Positions 33,403-45,366 of a stretch of 64,000 nt of DNA are shown one piece after another. The notes under the pieces were generated by a model, which worked only from the letters and a program-made list of their open reading frames with translations, was not told the DNA's origin and did not search any database. Location of the stretch: positions 800,001 through 864,000 of the forward strand of contig CAVQMO010000010.1 in the NCBI GenBank assembly GCA_963713605.1. The letters run 5' to 3'. The DNA comes from an uncultured Nitrososphaerales archaeon (GTDB taxonomy: Archaea > Thermoproteota > Nitrososphaeria > Nitrososphaerales > Nitrososphaeraceae). Position 1 is the stretch's first letter; each line of letters starts with the position of its first letter. The position numbers and the translations under genes are program-made.

Positions 33403-34410
33403 TTAGCCGAACACAAAAGTATAAAATGATATGTTGTCACTAAGAGGACGTATCTCTACAAAGTGCGATTCAGCTTTTTCCGTTTTGATCAAATTATGAA
33501 TAAAGGGCCAATTGACGTCGACCACACTAGATAGTTCATGAAGGCGGGCATCTCTTCCTAGAGTGTCATCTTCAAGCGACTTACCATCTAACAGTACCTC
33601 TAACCTACCAGGTTTATCGTCCGTTGTTCCAATTATTGCATGGACTCTCTTTGCCAAATTGTATTTCATTATGATTGCCGAATTTTTCTCTACCGTGCCT
33701 TCTAGAGCCTTTACACATTCTCTAGCCCAAATCCATTTCCCACGCAAATAAACGACGTTATCAAAGTGAGGACCGCTATCTTGGACAAAATTGACCTCAT
33801 CGATCTTTATCGTCTGTTTGTTACCAAATCTCTGTAACCTAGAATAACCGACGCAGATTTCAGGTGCCACTTGTGGAAAATGCATGCCATAGGTCTCATA
33901 GATTTCGTCCGTAAAATTACCTTCAAATTTCTTGGTGTCGGTATCTGCGCTACTATCGGTCTCTTGGATCAGATCTAAAATTGGCTCAACAAATTCTTCT
34001 ATATTTCCATACCCCGCATGTTCGTAACGAAGAAATCCATTTGAATCAATTAAGATGTGCTTTGGCCAATACATATTCCCATAAGCTTGCCAGGTCTTAT
34101 TTTTAGAGTCGATTCCGACAGGGATCTCTGTAATGTCGTATCTTTCCAATGCCCTAGATATATTCTCTAGCCGAGTGGCAAATTCATATTCTGCAGAGTG
34201 CGCTTGGATAACTTGAAATTCATATTCAGAAAATACCCTTTGTAGTTGCTTCATTATTGGAATCATTCTTAAACAGAAGATGCAGGTATATGTCCAACAG
34301 TCAAGTAGAATTACCTTCCCTTTTAATCCCGCAATGGAAATGGGTTTTGAATTATACCATTTTTCTATACCTACAAACTCGGGAGAAGGTGATGCTGGTA
34401 TAACTATCAA
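33403..34410 (-). CDS. Thioredoxin-like protein with DipZ-type C-terminal domain
   Basis: DCWTYTCIFC, HSAEYEF, YWP, HAGYG, C-terminal YTFVFG. Confidence 0.75.
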   Translation of the reverse strand: MIVIPASPSPEFVGIEKWYNSKPISIAGLKGKVILLDCWTYTCIFCLRMIPIMKQLQRVFSEYEFQVIQAHSAEYEFATRLENISRALERYDITEIPVGIDSKNKTWQAYGNMYWPKHILIDSNGFLRYEHAGYGNIEEFVEPILDLIQETDSSADTDTKKFEGNFTDEIYETYGMHFPQVAPEICVGYSRLQRFGNKQTIKIDEVNFVQDSGPHFDNVVYLRGKWIWARECVKALEGTVEKNSAIIMKYNLAKRVHAIIGTTDDKPGRLEVLLDGKSLEDDTLGRDARLHELSSVVDVNWPFIHNLIKTEKAESHFVEIRPLSDNISFYTFVFG

Positions 34411-34605
34411 ATCTCAGTAAGTTGATATGATTATTGTATTTATTATTATGTAATCGTCTATCAGCTTTTAAACGAACACACCGAGCATAAATCCTTTGTT
34501 TTTAGTTTGCCTTTTCAATGCCTCTAACATATGACGGGCTCATTCTTGAGAGGAAAACCATCAAATATTACATGAAATAATTGATCAATGTTAGCATTAT
34601 GAATC

Positions 34606-35797
34606 ATGAAATATGATGTGGCAGTCGTGGGTGGTGGGCCCGCTGGTCTTTCAGCTGCCCACGCGGCTGCAAAAGCCGGTTGCAAGGTTGCACTCTTTGA
34701 AAGAGAAGACTCTATAGCTCAATATATCCGAACAAGTGGAGTCACTTGGATCTCTGAAATGAGAGATCTTGGAATTCCTGCAGAATTTTACAATCCAGTT
34801 AGGAATTATTGTTTTATTTCTCCACACAATGAGGTAACGTTAACTTCAGAACGTCCCGATTGTTGTGTTTTAGATGTGAGGAGAGCTTACCAATATTTGG
34901 GAACTATTGGCAGCTGCTGCAGGAGCTGAGATCAGAGTGAGGAGCAATGTTGTCAACATTAAGCTGAATCATCAAGTAGGTGAAAGGTATCTTCGAATAA
35001 AATCATTGTCCGGAGAAGAAGATGTCCAATCTACAATAGTCATAGATGCTAGTGGGTTTAGAGCGGAAATAGGCCGAAAGCTTGGATTCTTAAGTGCATG
35101 GAGTAGATACGGAGCTGGAGCAGAGTATGAATGCTATTGTGATGATTTGGATACAGAAACGTGGTACCTCATGGTCGGAAGTATGTATTCGGCTGCTGGA
35201 TATGCATGGATTTTCCCAGTTAACAAGAATAGGATCAGAATAGGGGTGGGTGTAGGTAGGCCGGATACCATTGAGGATCCAATAAAAAAGCTAAACCAGA
35301 TAATTGAGAATCGGCTAAAGCCATTGGATAGAATTAAGAATATCCAGACTCTCGAATTTCATTACGGACTGATTCCAAATCAAGGTTTAGTCAAGAACTT
35401 TGTTGATGACGGCATAATGCTGGTAGGGGACTCTGCCGGTTTTTCCAATCCTTTGCTTCTTGAAGGAATACGCTATGCAATTAGATTTGGTAGGTTGGCT
35501 GGAGAAGTAGCCGCATCTTCAATACCATTTAATGGGTCAAGGGAACACCTCATGAAGTATGAGACCACTTGTAAGCGCATTCTCTCTTCTAAGATCTCTT
35601 CCGCACTCAAAGTCCAATCCAGATGGCTAAAGCTGTCAGACAATGAATGGGACCAAGAGCTCGATATTATTTCGGACTTAAAGATGGACGAATTTCTTGA
35701 CTTTATTAGAGCCGATTTCAGTCGCTCGAAGATGCTAAAGCTTGGTCTAAGTCATCCTAAATTTATGGCAAGATCCTTGTTCAGACTGGTTACATAA
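34606..35797 (+). CDS. Geranylgeranyl reductase family FAD oxidoreductase, one frameshift near 34900
   Basis: VGGGPAG, DASG, GYAWIFP, VGDSAG..NP...EGI. Confidence 0.85.
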
Positions 35798-35842
35798 GTT
35801 AAGGCAAGATTTTTATATGAAATATCACCAGCCACACTTGAA

Positions 35843-36216
35843 TTGGCAGGTGAGACCGCAGCACAGTTTTATCCAATTATATATATGCTGGGTTTTGGTC
35901 TTCTCGTATCCATTCCTGCTATTGTAATTTCTCGTCTTATCTCTCCTAGACGTCGGTACAATCCTGTCAAATTTCTGCCTATGGAATGCGGCAAGTACCA
36001 TCTGGTGCGGGTCGCACTCATTTTATGATGCAATATTATGCTTACATTTTGATGTTCGTGGTTTTTGATGTTATGGCTATTTTCCTTTATATCTGGGGGG
36101 TTGCTTTGTTTTCGTTGCCTAAAACTGCTACTTTACCGATTATTGGGTTTTTGGCGATAATGTTTGCCGCTATGGGGTATTCATTATATCTGGCGGGGAG
36201 AAAGGGAATTTGGTAG
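35843..36216 (+). CDS. nuoA: NADH-quinone oxidoreductase subunit A, one deletion near 35990
   Basis: PMECG(Q)VP...QYY...FVVFDV. Confidence 0.88.
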
Positions 36217-36277
36217 GACTGATGATTTTGACAATGAATAAATACTTAGCAGGTAGAGGAGGAGTTATGTTCCCACG

Positions 36278-36793
36278 ATGATAAAGGACCTGGTAAATCC
36301 TACAAACTTCAACTTGATGGTTAGTAAAATTGGAGATGTCTTAGTAAAGGCACTTGATAAACCGCTGGGGTATGCCATAAATTGGGGAAGGGTTTGGTCC
36401 CTTTGGCCAGTGCATCTGGAGACAGCATGCTGCAGTGTGGAATTTGGAGCTGCCTCGGGCCCAAGATATGATGTCGAAAGATTTGGCATAATCGAGGCGT
36501 TTGGATCGCTTAGACAATGTGACTTGATTGTAGTTCAAGGTACTGTCACTAGAAAGATGGCCCCAAGATTGAGGATGGTTTATGATCAAATGCCTGAACC
36601 AAAATATGTAATTGCTATGGGTGCGTGTGCAATTACAGGGGGGCTCTATATAGATTCTTACAATGTACTTCCTGGCGTAGACGGAATCATTCCTGTTGAT
36701 GTCTACGTTCCTGGTTGTCCTCCTCGCCCTGAGACACTTATCCAAGGTACTATGCTACTTCAGGAAAAGATCAAAAGGTCAAAGATCAAATAG
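36278..36793 (+). CDS. nuoB: Complex I subunit B
   Basis: TACCSVE, MGACAITGG, PGCPPRPE. Confidence 0.95.
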   Translation: MIKDLVNPTNFNLMVSKIGDVLVKALDKPLGYAINWGRVWSLWPVHLETACCSVEFGAASGPRYDVERFGIIEAFGSLRQCDLIVVQGTVTRKMAPRLRMVYDQMPEPKYVIAMGACAITGGLYIDSYNVLPGVDGIIPVDVYVPGCPPRPETLIQGTMLLQEKIKRSKIK

Positions 36794-36794
36794 T

Positions 36795-37436
36795 ATGAGC
36801 AAATCAGATGGTTCATCCTCAGGTAACGATAAACGCGATCCTGCATCCACTGTCTCTTCTAATAAGGAGCTTCACACAAATTCCTCGAAGCAAGGAGAAA
36901 TTGGCAACGCAGCGCAAAAACCATCAAACAGCACTTCTGTACAGGTAAAGTCAGAGAAGGCTGACCTTCCGCAGTTTGAGAAGGGAATTATCGACAGCCT
37001 CATATCAAAATTCGGAGATTCAATAAAGGTTATTTATGTCAAACCGCTTCGCATCAAGATTGAAGTCCCATCAAAGGATATTGTCGAGATTGCAAGACAT
37101 CTGAGGGACGAATCAGGCTTTGATCATGCAGAGTCAGTAAGCGCCACAGATTACCCCAAGACTGGCGACATCGAAGTCATTTACCATTTAGGTTCATACA
37201 CAAGGGATGATCTTTCATCACATGTCCTTTCTCTGTCTACGCGCACCGATCGAAACAATGCTCGAGTCCCATCATTAATAGGAGTTTTCAAGAGTGTCGA
37301 ATACCACGAACGAGAATCCTTTGAAATGGTTGGAGTATATTTTGACAATCATCCAAGAAACGATCGCTTCCTCTTACCAGAGGATTGGGCCGATATTCCA
37401 CCTTTGCGAAAGGAGTTTAGGATAAAAGGAAGGTAA
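36795..37436 (+). CDS. nuoC: Complex I subunit C with low-complexity N-terminal extension
   Basis: ERE.FEM.G..F..HP...LLPEDW...PLRK. Confidence 0.92.
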   Translation: MSKSDGSSSGNDKRDPASTVSSNKELHTNSSKQGEIGNAAQKPSNSTSVQVKSEKADLPQFEKGIIDSLISKFGDSIKVIYVKPLRIKIEVPSKDIVEIARHLRDESGFDHAESVSATDYPKTGDIEVIYHLGSYTRDDLSSHVLSLSTRTDRNNARVPSLIGVFKSVEYHERESFEMVGVYFDNHPRNDRFLLPEDWADIPPLRKEFRIKGR

Positions 37437-37440
37437 TTGT

Positions 37441-38601
37441 ATGTCTGATCAAGAGGAAAGGATCTCAGAAACTACAAGACTCGGGTTAGAAATAGTCAAG
37501 GAGGCGGAAGAGGACCGGCTAATGACTTTGAGTGTTGGACCACAGCACCCGGGTTCTGGACATTTCAGATTTACCGTTAAGGTCGACGGTGATTATATCG
37601 TAGACTGCGATCCAGATCCTGGATATGTTCATCGGGGTGAAGAAAAGATGTGTGAGTACAGGAACTTTATTCAGAACATTCCACATTTGGAAAGACCGGT
37701 GATCCATGATTCTAGTAACATTACATATTCCTACAGCCTTGCAGTGGAAGAACTGGTCAAGATCGATGTTCCAAGAAGAGCTCAATTTATTAGAGCTATT
37801 GCCTCTGAACTTAATAGGCAAATTTATACACTCTACTGGCTTGCTATTTACGGAATCTTTCTTGGCCATTCTACAATGTTCATGTGGCCTACAGGGGACA
37901 GGGAACTAATCATAGATCTTATGGAAGCTCTAACAGGTGCACGCGTTACTCACGCATATAACATTCCTGGGGGAGTTAGGAACGATATTCCTTATGGTTT
38001 CAAAGATAGATGTTTAAGACAGGTCTCGTATTTTGAAAAACGGCTCAAAGAGTATGAAGACATTTTCTACAATAATCCATTACTTAGACAGCGAACTGAG
38101 GGCGTAGCAATCCTGACAAAAGAGGATGCGATCAAATTGGGGGTTACCGGTTCTGTTCTTAGAGCATCGGGCATACCTTATGATATCAGAAAGGCTGAGC
38201 CTTACGACATTTATGATGAAATAGATTTCAATGTCCAGTATTTGAAAACATGCGATTCATTTGCACGTGCGTACGTTCCATTACTGGATATGAGAGAATC
38301 GTGTCATATTATCAGACAACTCTTGGACAAGATGCCTGAATCAGGAGAGGTAAGAGCCAAGCTTCAGCCTAACCCCAAAGGGCCCCCGGGGGAAGCATAC
38401 AGACGGGTAGAATCTGGGAGAGGTGCGTTGGGCTACTATATTGTTAGCGACGGGACTCCAAGACCGTATCGAGTAAAAATATCTGTCGGGTCATTTAGAA
38501 ATTTGCTGGCACTTCCTCATTTACTGGTTGGCTCAAAATTGGGTGATATGCCCTCGGTATACTGGTCTTTGAATTATTGGCCTGTGGAGGCTGATCGGTG
38601 A
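37441..38601 (+). CDS. nuoD: Complex I subunit D
   Basis: GPQHP, GYVHRGEEK, ESGRG, C-terminal EADR. Confidence 0.95.
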   Translation: MSDQEERISETTRLGLEIVKEAEEDRLMTLSVGPQHPGSGHFRFTVKVDGDYIVDCDPDPGYVHRGEEKMCEYRNFIQNIPHLERPVIHDSSNITYSYSLAVEELVKIDVPRRAQFIRAIASELNRQIYTLYWLAIYGIFLGHSTMFMWPTGDRELIIDLMEALTGARVTHAYNIPGGVRNDIPYGFKDRCLRQVSYFEKRLKEYEDIFYNNPLLRQRTEGVAILTKEDAIKLGVTGSVLRASGIPYDIRKAEPYDIYDEIDFNVQYLKTCDSFARAYVPLLDMRESCHIIRQLLDKMPESGEVRAKLQPNPKGPPGEAYRRVESGRGALGYYIVSDGTPRPYRVKISVGSFRNLLALPHLLVGSKLGDMPSVYWSLNYWPVEADR

Positions 38602-38607
38602 AGAGGA

Positions 38608-39923
38608 ATGGCTACACCAGTCGAAGACTTTAGATTCGGCCCATTTGTTGCTAGCGTGGTTTGGTTACTATTTTGGGTACTTATCATCGTCACCGTTATT
38701 GTACTTCCTCTTATTTTCGTCATATTATTCTACGTGCCATTGCCGTTGGTGAACGGGGAGGTACTTACTCCATACCTATTTCTGTCTATGATGGTTGACC
38801 CAACTAGAACCCTTCCAATTCTCAACTTTTTAATCTATACTGAATTCTTCAAAGTCGCTGTTTTCCCGGGGTTCATGTACGCTTGCACTCATTGCAGCTG
38901 CCACAATATTCATAGAAAGGAAGTTTCTTGCCAGAATGCAGCTAAGAGTAGGTCCATCTCATGCAGGACGCGAGGCTTTAGGGACTGGCTTTGAAGGCAT
39001 CTTCCAGTTGGTCGCTGACGGTTTGAAGCTGGTTTCAAAAGAAATTTTGGTTCCTGCAGGAGCTGACAAGCCGATATTTTGGGCCGCGCCAATTGCGTTT
39101 GTAGCTGCCGCTGCTCGCAGTTGTCTGCCTCATTCCTGTGGCGCCCGGTTGGGTGGTCTCCAATATTGATGTAGGTCTTCTCGTGGCGTTCGCAATTTTC
39201 GGGTTTTTCCCGCTAATAGAAGTCCTTTTTTCGTGGGCCAGCAATAGTAAGTATCCCTTCATCGGTGGTCTGCGAGCGTTACACCAGCTTATCGCATTTG
39301 AAATTCCATTTATTCTGTCAGCGCTATCTGTGGTCATTTTATCTGGATCCTTGAACCTTACCGAGATTACCTATGCACAATCCTCCTATTGGTTCATTCT
39401 CTTTTTACCGATCAGCGCTTTTGTCTTCTTCATGTCATCGTTAGCTGAGCTGGAGAGAATTCCGTTCGACCTTCCAGAAGCGGAAAGTGAGATAGTGGCG
39501 GGCTGGCTTACAGAGACTTCAGGGATGATTTATGGCTTGATCCAGTTGGGAACCTATGTTAAGTTGTATGCTCTGGCGGCGCTCTTTGTGGTTTTGTTCT
39601 TAGGTGGTTGGATTGGTCCACAAATCTTTCCCGATCAGCTGTGTCCCCCTGGTGAGAAACCTCCACTTCTGCAGCTGCTTTGCCTGGAAGGATTCTACAA
39701 TGGCCCAACTGCAAATGCAATATTCTGGTTCACCGCAAAGACCTTTCTTATGATCCATTTAATGCTATTGATTCGTGGCATTAATCCTAGAATTAGAATA
39801 GATATCTTATTACACACTGGATGGTACAAGCTAATAGTCCTGTCATTCATAAACATGTTTATAGCTCTAGCTTTGATTTACGGAGGAGTACTGGGGCCGG
39901 GGGGTTTGTTGACACCAAATTGA
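38608..39923 (+). CDS. nuoH: Complex I subunit H, two frameshifts
   Basis: Q.RVGP, ADGLKL..KE, ASNSKYP, ER.PFDLPEAESE. Confidence 0.9.
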
Positions 39924-40427
39924 GTAGTACAGCTTAGTGGATTTATCAAAACTATTGAATCTGGATCAAAACATCTTTTGATCAAGAGGTTTACCTTTAG
40001 ATATCCAGAGGAGAAATTGAAATTTGTAGGCGATGGATATCAGTTTGATCCAAAGCGTGGTGTAGGTATAGCAGGATATAGAGGAAGACATATTCTTTTT
40101 CATGATAAATGTACCGGATGTCAGTTATGTGCCATTGCATGCGAAGGTATAGCAGAAGCTATTGGAATGGTCAAAGTTGATGAACAGTGGAAGCATAATA
40201 AGAAAGCCATCATGCCACAAATCGATTATGGAAAATGCGTCTTTTGTGGATTATGTGTTGACGCCTGCCCATTTTATGCCTTGTACATGACAGATGACTA
40301 CGAGTTATCAGCCTTCACAAAGGAGCACCTGATATATACACCGGCCCAATTAGCAGTAAAACCAAAGTACGATGGAGAGGTGCAAATCAAGATAGATAGG
40401 ATGGGTGCTAACCATGGTAATGGATGA
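39920..40427 (+). CDS. nuoI: Complex I subunit I (2x[4Fe-4S]), probable indel near the start
   Basis: CTGCQLCAIAC and CVFCGLCVDACP. Confidence 0.92.
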
Positions 40428-40935
40428 CCCTGTGTTTTTGGCAGTCTCTGCCTTAACTGTCGGCTCAGCTATTGTGGCGCTTGAAACAAGAGAGCTCATC
40501 TATGGGGGAATAGCGCTTGCGATCTCTATGTTAGGTATCGCCGGGTTCTTCCTTCTTCTTGATTCTCCTTTTGTTGCTATGTTTCAGATACTTGTTTACG
40601 TTGGTGCTGTTGCCGTGCTGGTTATCTTTACTGTGATGCTTGTTAGAACTCAGGCATTATTTTCAATCAAGGAAGATAAGGGAAGAAAGGCTTCTGGAGT
40701 TGTCCTTGTACCTATATTTATGATTGGCCTTGGGGCGTTGTTACTAGTGTCAGGACTAAGTAACCCGCAGCTAATGAATCTGCAGATGCCCCCGGTCGAT
40801 TTTAAGGCCATAGGGGAGGAGATGTTAACTTACTACTCACCAGTGTTGATTGCTTTGGGATTGGTTCTTGGTGGGTCCATTATCGGAGCACTTGCGCTGG
40901 CTAGAAGGGAGGAGATAGAGACAAAAGATGGTTGA
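40414..40935 (+). CDS. nuoJ: Complex I subunit J
   Basis: QILVYVGAVAVL..F.VML. Confidence 0.9.
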   Translation: MVMDDPVFLAVSALTVGSAIVALETRELIYGGIALAISMLGIAGFFLLLDSPFVAMFQILVYVGAVAVLVIFTVMLVRTQALFSIKEDKGRKASGVVLVPIFMIGLGALLLVSGLSNPQLMNLQMPPVDFKAIGEEMLTYYSPVLIALGLVLGGSIIGALALARREEIETKDG

Positions 40936-41231
40936 GATAATTGATTATGTAATAATTTCGACAATTCTATTTGGTATTGGAATTTATGGACTTGTAGCCA
41001 AACGCAACGCAATACGGATGATCTTTGCGATCGAAATAGTCGCAAATGCAGCTAATCTAAACTTGGTAGCTTTTTCACGTGGTCTATCTAATGTACAGGG
41101 ACAAACATTCGCGCTATTTTCAATCGCGATAGCTGGCAGCTGAAGTCGCTGTGGGGCTGGGAATAATTATCATAGCATACAGACTTTACAAAGAAATCGA
41201 TGTTGAAGAATTCAAGTCTTTGAAAGGGTAG
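40928..41231 (+). CDS. nuoK: Complex I subunit K, one frameshift near 41135
   Basis: RN.I....IE...NA, then AAEVAVGL...LKG in the next frame. Confidence 0.88.
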
Positions 41232-41239
41232 TAAGATAA

Positions 41240-43207
41240 ATGGCAGAATCTTATTATCTGATGGCGGCAATATTTCTTCCGCTTCTTCTTTCTCCTGTAG
41301 CATATATACTGGGTAGAAAGAAAGGAATTCAGCTGGTTACTTGGTTCTCATTTGGAGTGTTAGCAATTTCTACGTGTTTTCTCCTTGCTCCTATTCTATC
41401 AACTGATAAAGATAATCCTGTCCACGAAGAGTCTTTCTCATGGAGCCAGTTCGGTAATTTCGGCCTTAGATTAGACGGACTTAGTGTACCATTTGCTGTA
41501 ATAATATACATTCTATGTACTGTGCTTGCGTTATATTCCAAACCATACATGTTGCACAAGATCCAGGAAGACGCCGACGCACAATTTGGCGGAGGGCACT
41601 CCGACCATGATAAGCGACCGTCCAATTCGGGCAGCGGATCGGAGAACGTGACATCTTCCTCCCCTTCCTCTTCTTCCGCACAAACGAATATCGAAAGCAC
41701 GACTCAGATGACAACCCTTGTTGAAAAGGAGAGCTATGTAAGGACACAGACGGGGTTGTACTTTGCACTCTACCTCACATTCTCAATGGCTATGCTGGGC
41801 ACGGTTCTCGCTACTAACCTCATCGAGTTTTACGTCTTTTTTGAGCTGATGCTTATTCCAGCCTTTTTGATGGTTGCATTTTACGGTTACGGGGCAAAAC
41901 GAAGAATAGCTCTAATGTTTTTGTTCTGGACACACGTCGGTGCCGTGATTCTACTCTTAGGGCTTCTGGCGATGGGCTTTTTTGCGGGCGGATTTGATTA
42001 CGTTACTGTAAAAGAGAATGCGAGCAAGATCCCTGTAGAATGGCTGTCATTAATAATCTTCTCATTAGTAATTGGTTTAGGAGTGAAGCTCGCTGCATTT
42101 GGCCTTCATATCTGGCTTCCGTACGCGCACTCTGAGGCTCCCACCCCAATTTCTGCTCTGTTATCGCCGGCGATGATCGGTATAGGTGCATATGGCCTTC
42201 TCAGGCTATGGATGGATCTTTTGACCGGAGACTATACACAATACAGCATATACATCAACATTTGGGGATTGATTACCATGATTTATGGAGGTGCGATGGC
42301 TTTGATGCAAGATGACATCAAAAGAGTTCTTGCATACTCTAGCATTAGTCAGATGGGGTACATCCTGTTTGGTCTAGGATCTGAAAGTGTTTTGGGTATC
42401 AGCGGAGCGACACTGATCTATGTTTCTCACGGCCTGGGAAAGGCATTGCTCTTCATGATGGCCGGCTCAATTATCCTCCAAACAGGAACGAGAAGCATGA
42501 GTCAATTGGGCGGGTTGGCTGGAAAGATGCCATATACGGCGGTCTTGGCAATGATCGGTGGTCTTACCATCATAGGGATACCTCCTACTAGTGGATTTAT
42601 GTCTGAATGGATAACCTTTAACGGTGCTCTTCAATCGGGCATAGAGCATGCTGAAACTATTCGAGTGGTCGTATTCGCATTAGGATTGGTTGCAACCTTA
42701 CTTACTGCCGGCTACATTCTATGGATGTACAAAAGAGTTTTCTTTGGCAAGATCCCAGAGAGACTCGTACATGTCAAGGATTCAAACAGATATATCACGG
42801 CAACAATGGCATTTTTAGCAGCAATGACCTTAATCGTAGGAGTCTATCCTGACGTGTTTCTCGTTCCGATAACCGGTTATATATCCAACATGTTTTCAAG
42901 CACTCCTGAGGTTCTCCCCTTACCAACTGTTGATGGCGGCAGTACTGACAACGGGAACGACGTTGGTGGGGGAGTAACAAATGTAACTTCTTTTTCCTCT
43001 TCCATACAACCTAGTGAAGTTATAAATGCTAATAGTGCCGCTGCACAGCACAATGTGCTCTTAAATGAGAACCCAAGTCGACTAAACGTTTACCAGCAAT
43101 TACTACTGTACTATTATGATCCAAATCTAGCGGAAAACGGAGGAATAGGCAACTCAGTAGGTGAAGACGTAGGAGCGGGAGCAGAAGCAAAGGATGGTTC
43201 AGCCTAA
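41240..43207 (+). CDS. nuoM: Complex I subunit M with Ser-rich insertion and long C-terminal tail
   Basis: FYVFFE, KL....H.WLP.AH.EAP, K...AYSSISQMG, SHG. Confidence 0.92.
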   Translation: MAESYYLMAAIFLPLLLSPVAYILGRKKGIQLVTWFSFGVLAISTCFLLAPILSTDKDNPVHEESFSWSQFGNFGLRLDGLSVPFAVIIYILCTVLALYSKPYMLHKIQEDADAQFGGGHSDHDKRPSNSGSGSENVTSSSPSSSSAQTNIESTTQMTTLVEKESYVRTQTGLYFALYLTFSMAMLGTVLATNLIEFYVFFELMLIPAFLMVAFYGYGAKRRIALMFLFWTHVGAVILLLGLLAMGFFAGGFDYVTVKENASKIPVEWLSLIIFSLVIGLGVKLAAFGLHIWLPYAHSEAPTPISALLSPAMIGIGAYGLLRLWMDLLTGDYTQYSIYINIWGLITMIYGGAMALMQDDIKRVLAYSSISQMGYILFGLGSESVLGISGATLIYVSHGLGKALLFMMAGSIILQTGTRSMSQLGGLAGKMPYTAVLAMIGGLTIIGIPPTSGFMSEWITFNGALQSGIEHAETIRVVVFALGLVATLLTAGYILWMYKRVFFGKIPERLVHVKDSNRYITATMAFLAAMTLIVGVYPDVFLVPITGYISNMFSSTPEVLPLPTVDGGSTDNGNDVGGGVTNVTSFSSSIQPSEVINANSAAAQHNVLLNENPSRLNVYQQLLLYYYDPNLAENGGIGNSVGEDVGAGAEAKDGSA

Positions 43208-43209
43208 CT

Positions 43210-45323
43210 ATGACGACAACTGAGGGAGTCATGGGGTTTCAAGGAATAGCGATAAACGTCTGGCTAATCTGGATGCTGCCTTTTATAGGTGCGGCGTTGA
43301 TACCAGCATTGCGAAGAAACAAATCAAATCTTTTAAACTATACTGCGGTAGGCTTCTCGCTGGCAAGTGCGATACTTGCTGCCACATTAATACCACTTGC
43401 ACTAACGGATTCAGAAGTTCACAGTCAAATAAATTGGATTAGCGCATTAAATCTGGACGCAGGAATTCTGGCAGATCCTCTTGCAATTATTATGACCAAT
43501 GTTGTAGCCTGGATATCATTTTTGATTTTTGTTTATTCGGTAGGTTATCTGCATGGCGAACGAGATCTCACAAGATATTGGTTCTTTATGTTATTCTTTA
43601 TCGGATCGATGCAGCTAATCGTTCTCTCAGATAACTTGCTAATGCTTTTCTTTGGTTGGGAGGGCGTCGGATTGGCCTCTTACGCGCTGATAGGCTTTTG
43701 GTACTACGATAAAAAGAAGGATTATGTCGGCAGAGAGCGTCATATGGCATTAGGGATTCCAATGTGGGCTTCTCCAACCCATGCGGGAATGAAAGCGTTT
43801 CTTATGACCAAAGCTGGGGACATAATGATGCTTGCAGGAATGTTTTTGATCTTTATTTATGCAGGAACATTTGGATTCAAGGAACTTGTTGCAGATCAGA
43901 GCTGGGCTGTAGAGATGAGTAGTCAGAATTTGCTCGTCCCGGCTGCAATCTTGCTATTTGGAGGGGCAGTAGGAAAGTCAGCACAATTGCCATTAAATGA
44001 ATGGCTTTTAGAAGCTATGACAGGCCCAACTTCCGTATCTGCTTTGATCCATGCCGCTACCATGGTCAAGGCCGGTGTCTTTTTGGTGGGAAGGATTGGC
44101 CCACTTTTCTTTGCTCTTGCTGCATTTGATATGGCACAATTCTTTGAAGTTGTTGCTTGGGTTGGAGCCATTACAGCATTCTTGTTGGCGACTCAGGCTT
44201 TGGTAAACCCAGAAATCAAGAAGGTGTTGGCTTATTCTACAGGTTCTCAGATTGGCTACATGATGATGGCCCTTGGAATTGCTGGCCTCTCCACTCAATT
44301 TGTCGACGGATATACAGCTGGCTTTTTCCAGTTAATCAGTCATGCATTATTTAAGGCATCCCTTTTCATGGGGGCAGGAGCATTGCTTCATGCTGTCGGT
44401 TCAAGGTTCCTCACTGATATGGGAGGGGTAAGGAAACACATGAAGAAAACATACATCTTTATGCTGCTTGCAGGTCTATCGTTGGCCGGTGCTCCACTTG
44501 TTACATCTGGGTTCTGGAGCAAAGACTCGATTTTTGCTGCCTACGCTGGAATCTGGATACACATATGCTATTCCTCTATTCACAATAGCCGTAATTGTCG
44601 CGATCATGACTGCGTTCTATACTTTTAGAATGCTGGGGATGGCGTTCTTTGGAGAGCCTAGCAAACATCTAAAGGAGATGGACGCAAAGGGCCACCATGT
44701 GCATGAGGTAAGTAAACTAATGTGGGTACCATTCGGAATATTGGCCGGCGCTACAATTGCAATTGGCCTTATCGGGATCCCATTTGAGGAGGAATTGCAC
44801 CATGTCTTCGCTATGTATTTGGATACATCATTTGGGATTCCAGAAGAAGGGTCCACTCGGGGCGAAGTAATGACAGGTCAACAAGGCCCAGGAGGAGATG
44901 AAAGTGAAGAAGAACGAGAAGTAGAAGGTAGATTTGAGATAAACTACGCGGCAGTTGCTGCCTCAGTGATAGCGTTTGGGGTTGGTGGAGGCCTTGGGTA
45001 TCTTTTCTACATAGCCAGGAAGCTTAAACCCAGAGATTATCTCGAAAAACATCGTAACTCGTGCGATTTGGAAATTCCTATATAACAGGTGGTATCTTAA
45101 CTCAATACTATATTGGGGAACGGTTGTTATTCCTATGCTAGTATACAGAATAATATGGCGATACTTTGAAAGTACAATTATCGATGGTATTAATCCTGCT
45201 TTTCAATTCTCCATGGCATCGTTTTCCAAAATAGTAAAGGCTGGCCAGACAGGGATTACGCAAACATACCTCTTTGTATTTGGAGTAGGCATCATGATCT
45301 TGGTGATGTTACTGCTAATATAG
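43210..45323 (+). CDS. nuoL: Complex I subunit L, two frameshifts
   Basis: GWEGVG..SY.LIGFW, GKSAQ.P...WL..AM.GPT.VSALIHAATMV, HA.FKA.LF, GFWSKD. Confidence 0.92.
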
Positions 45324-45366
45324 AGGAAGACAGGGAGAGAAAGAGGAGGAGGTAAGCAAAAAGAAA

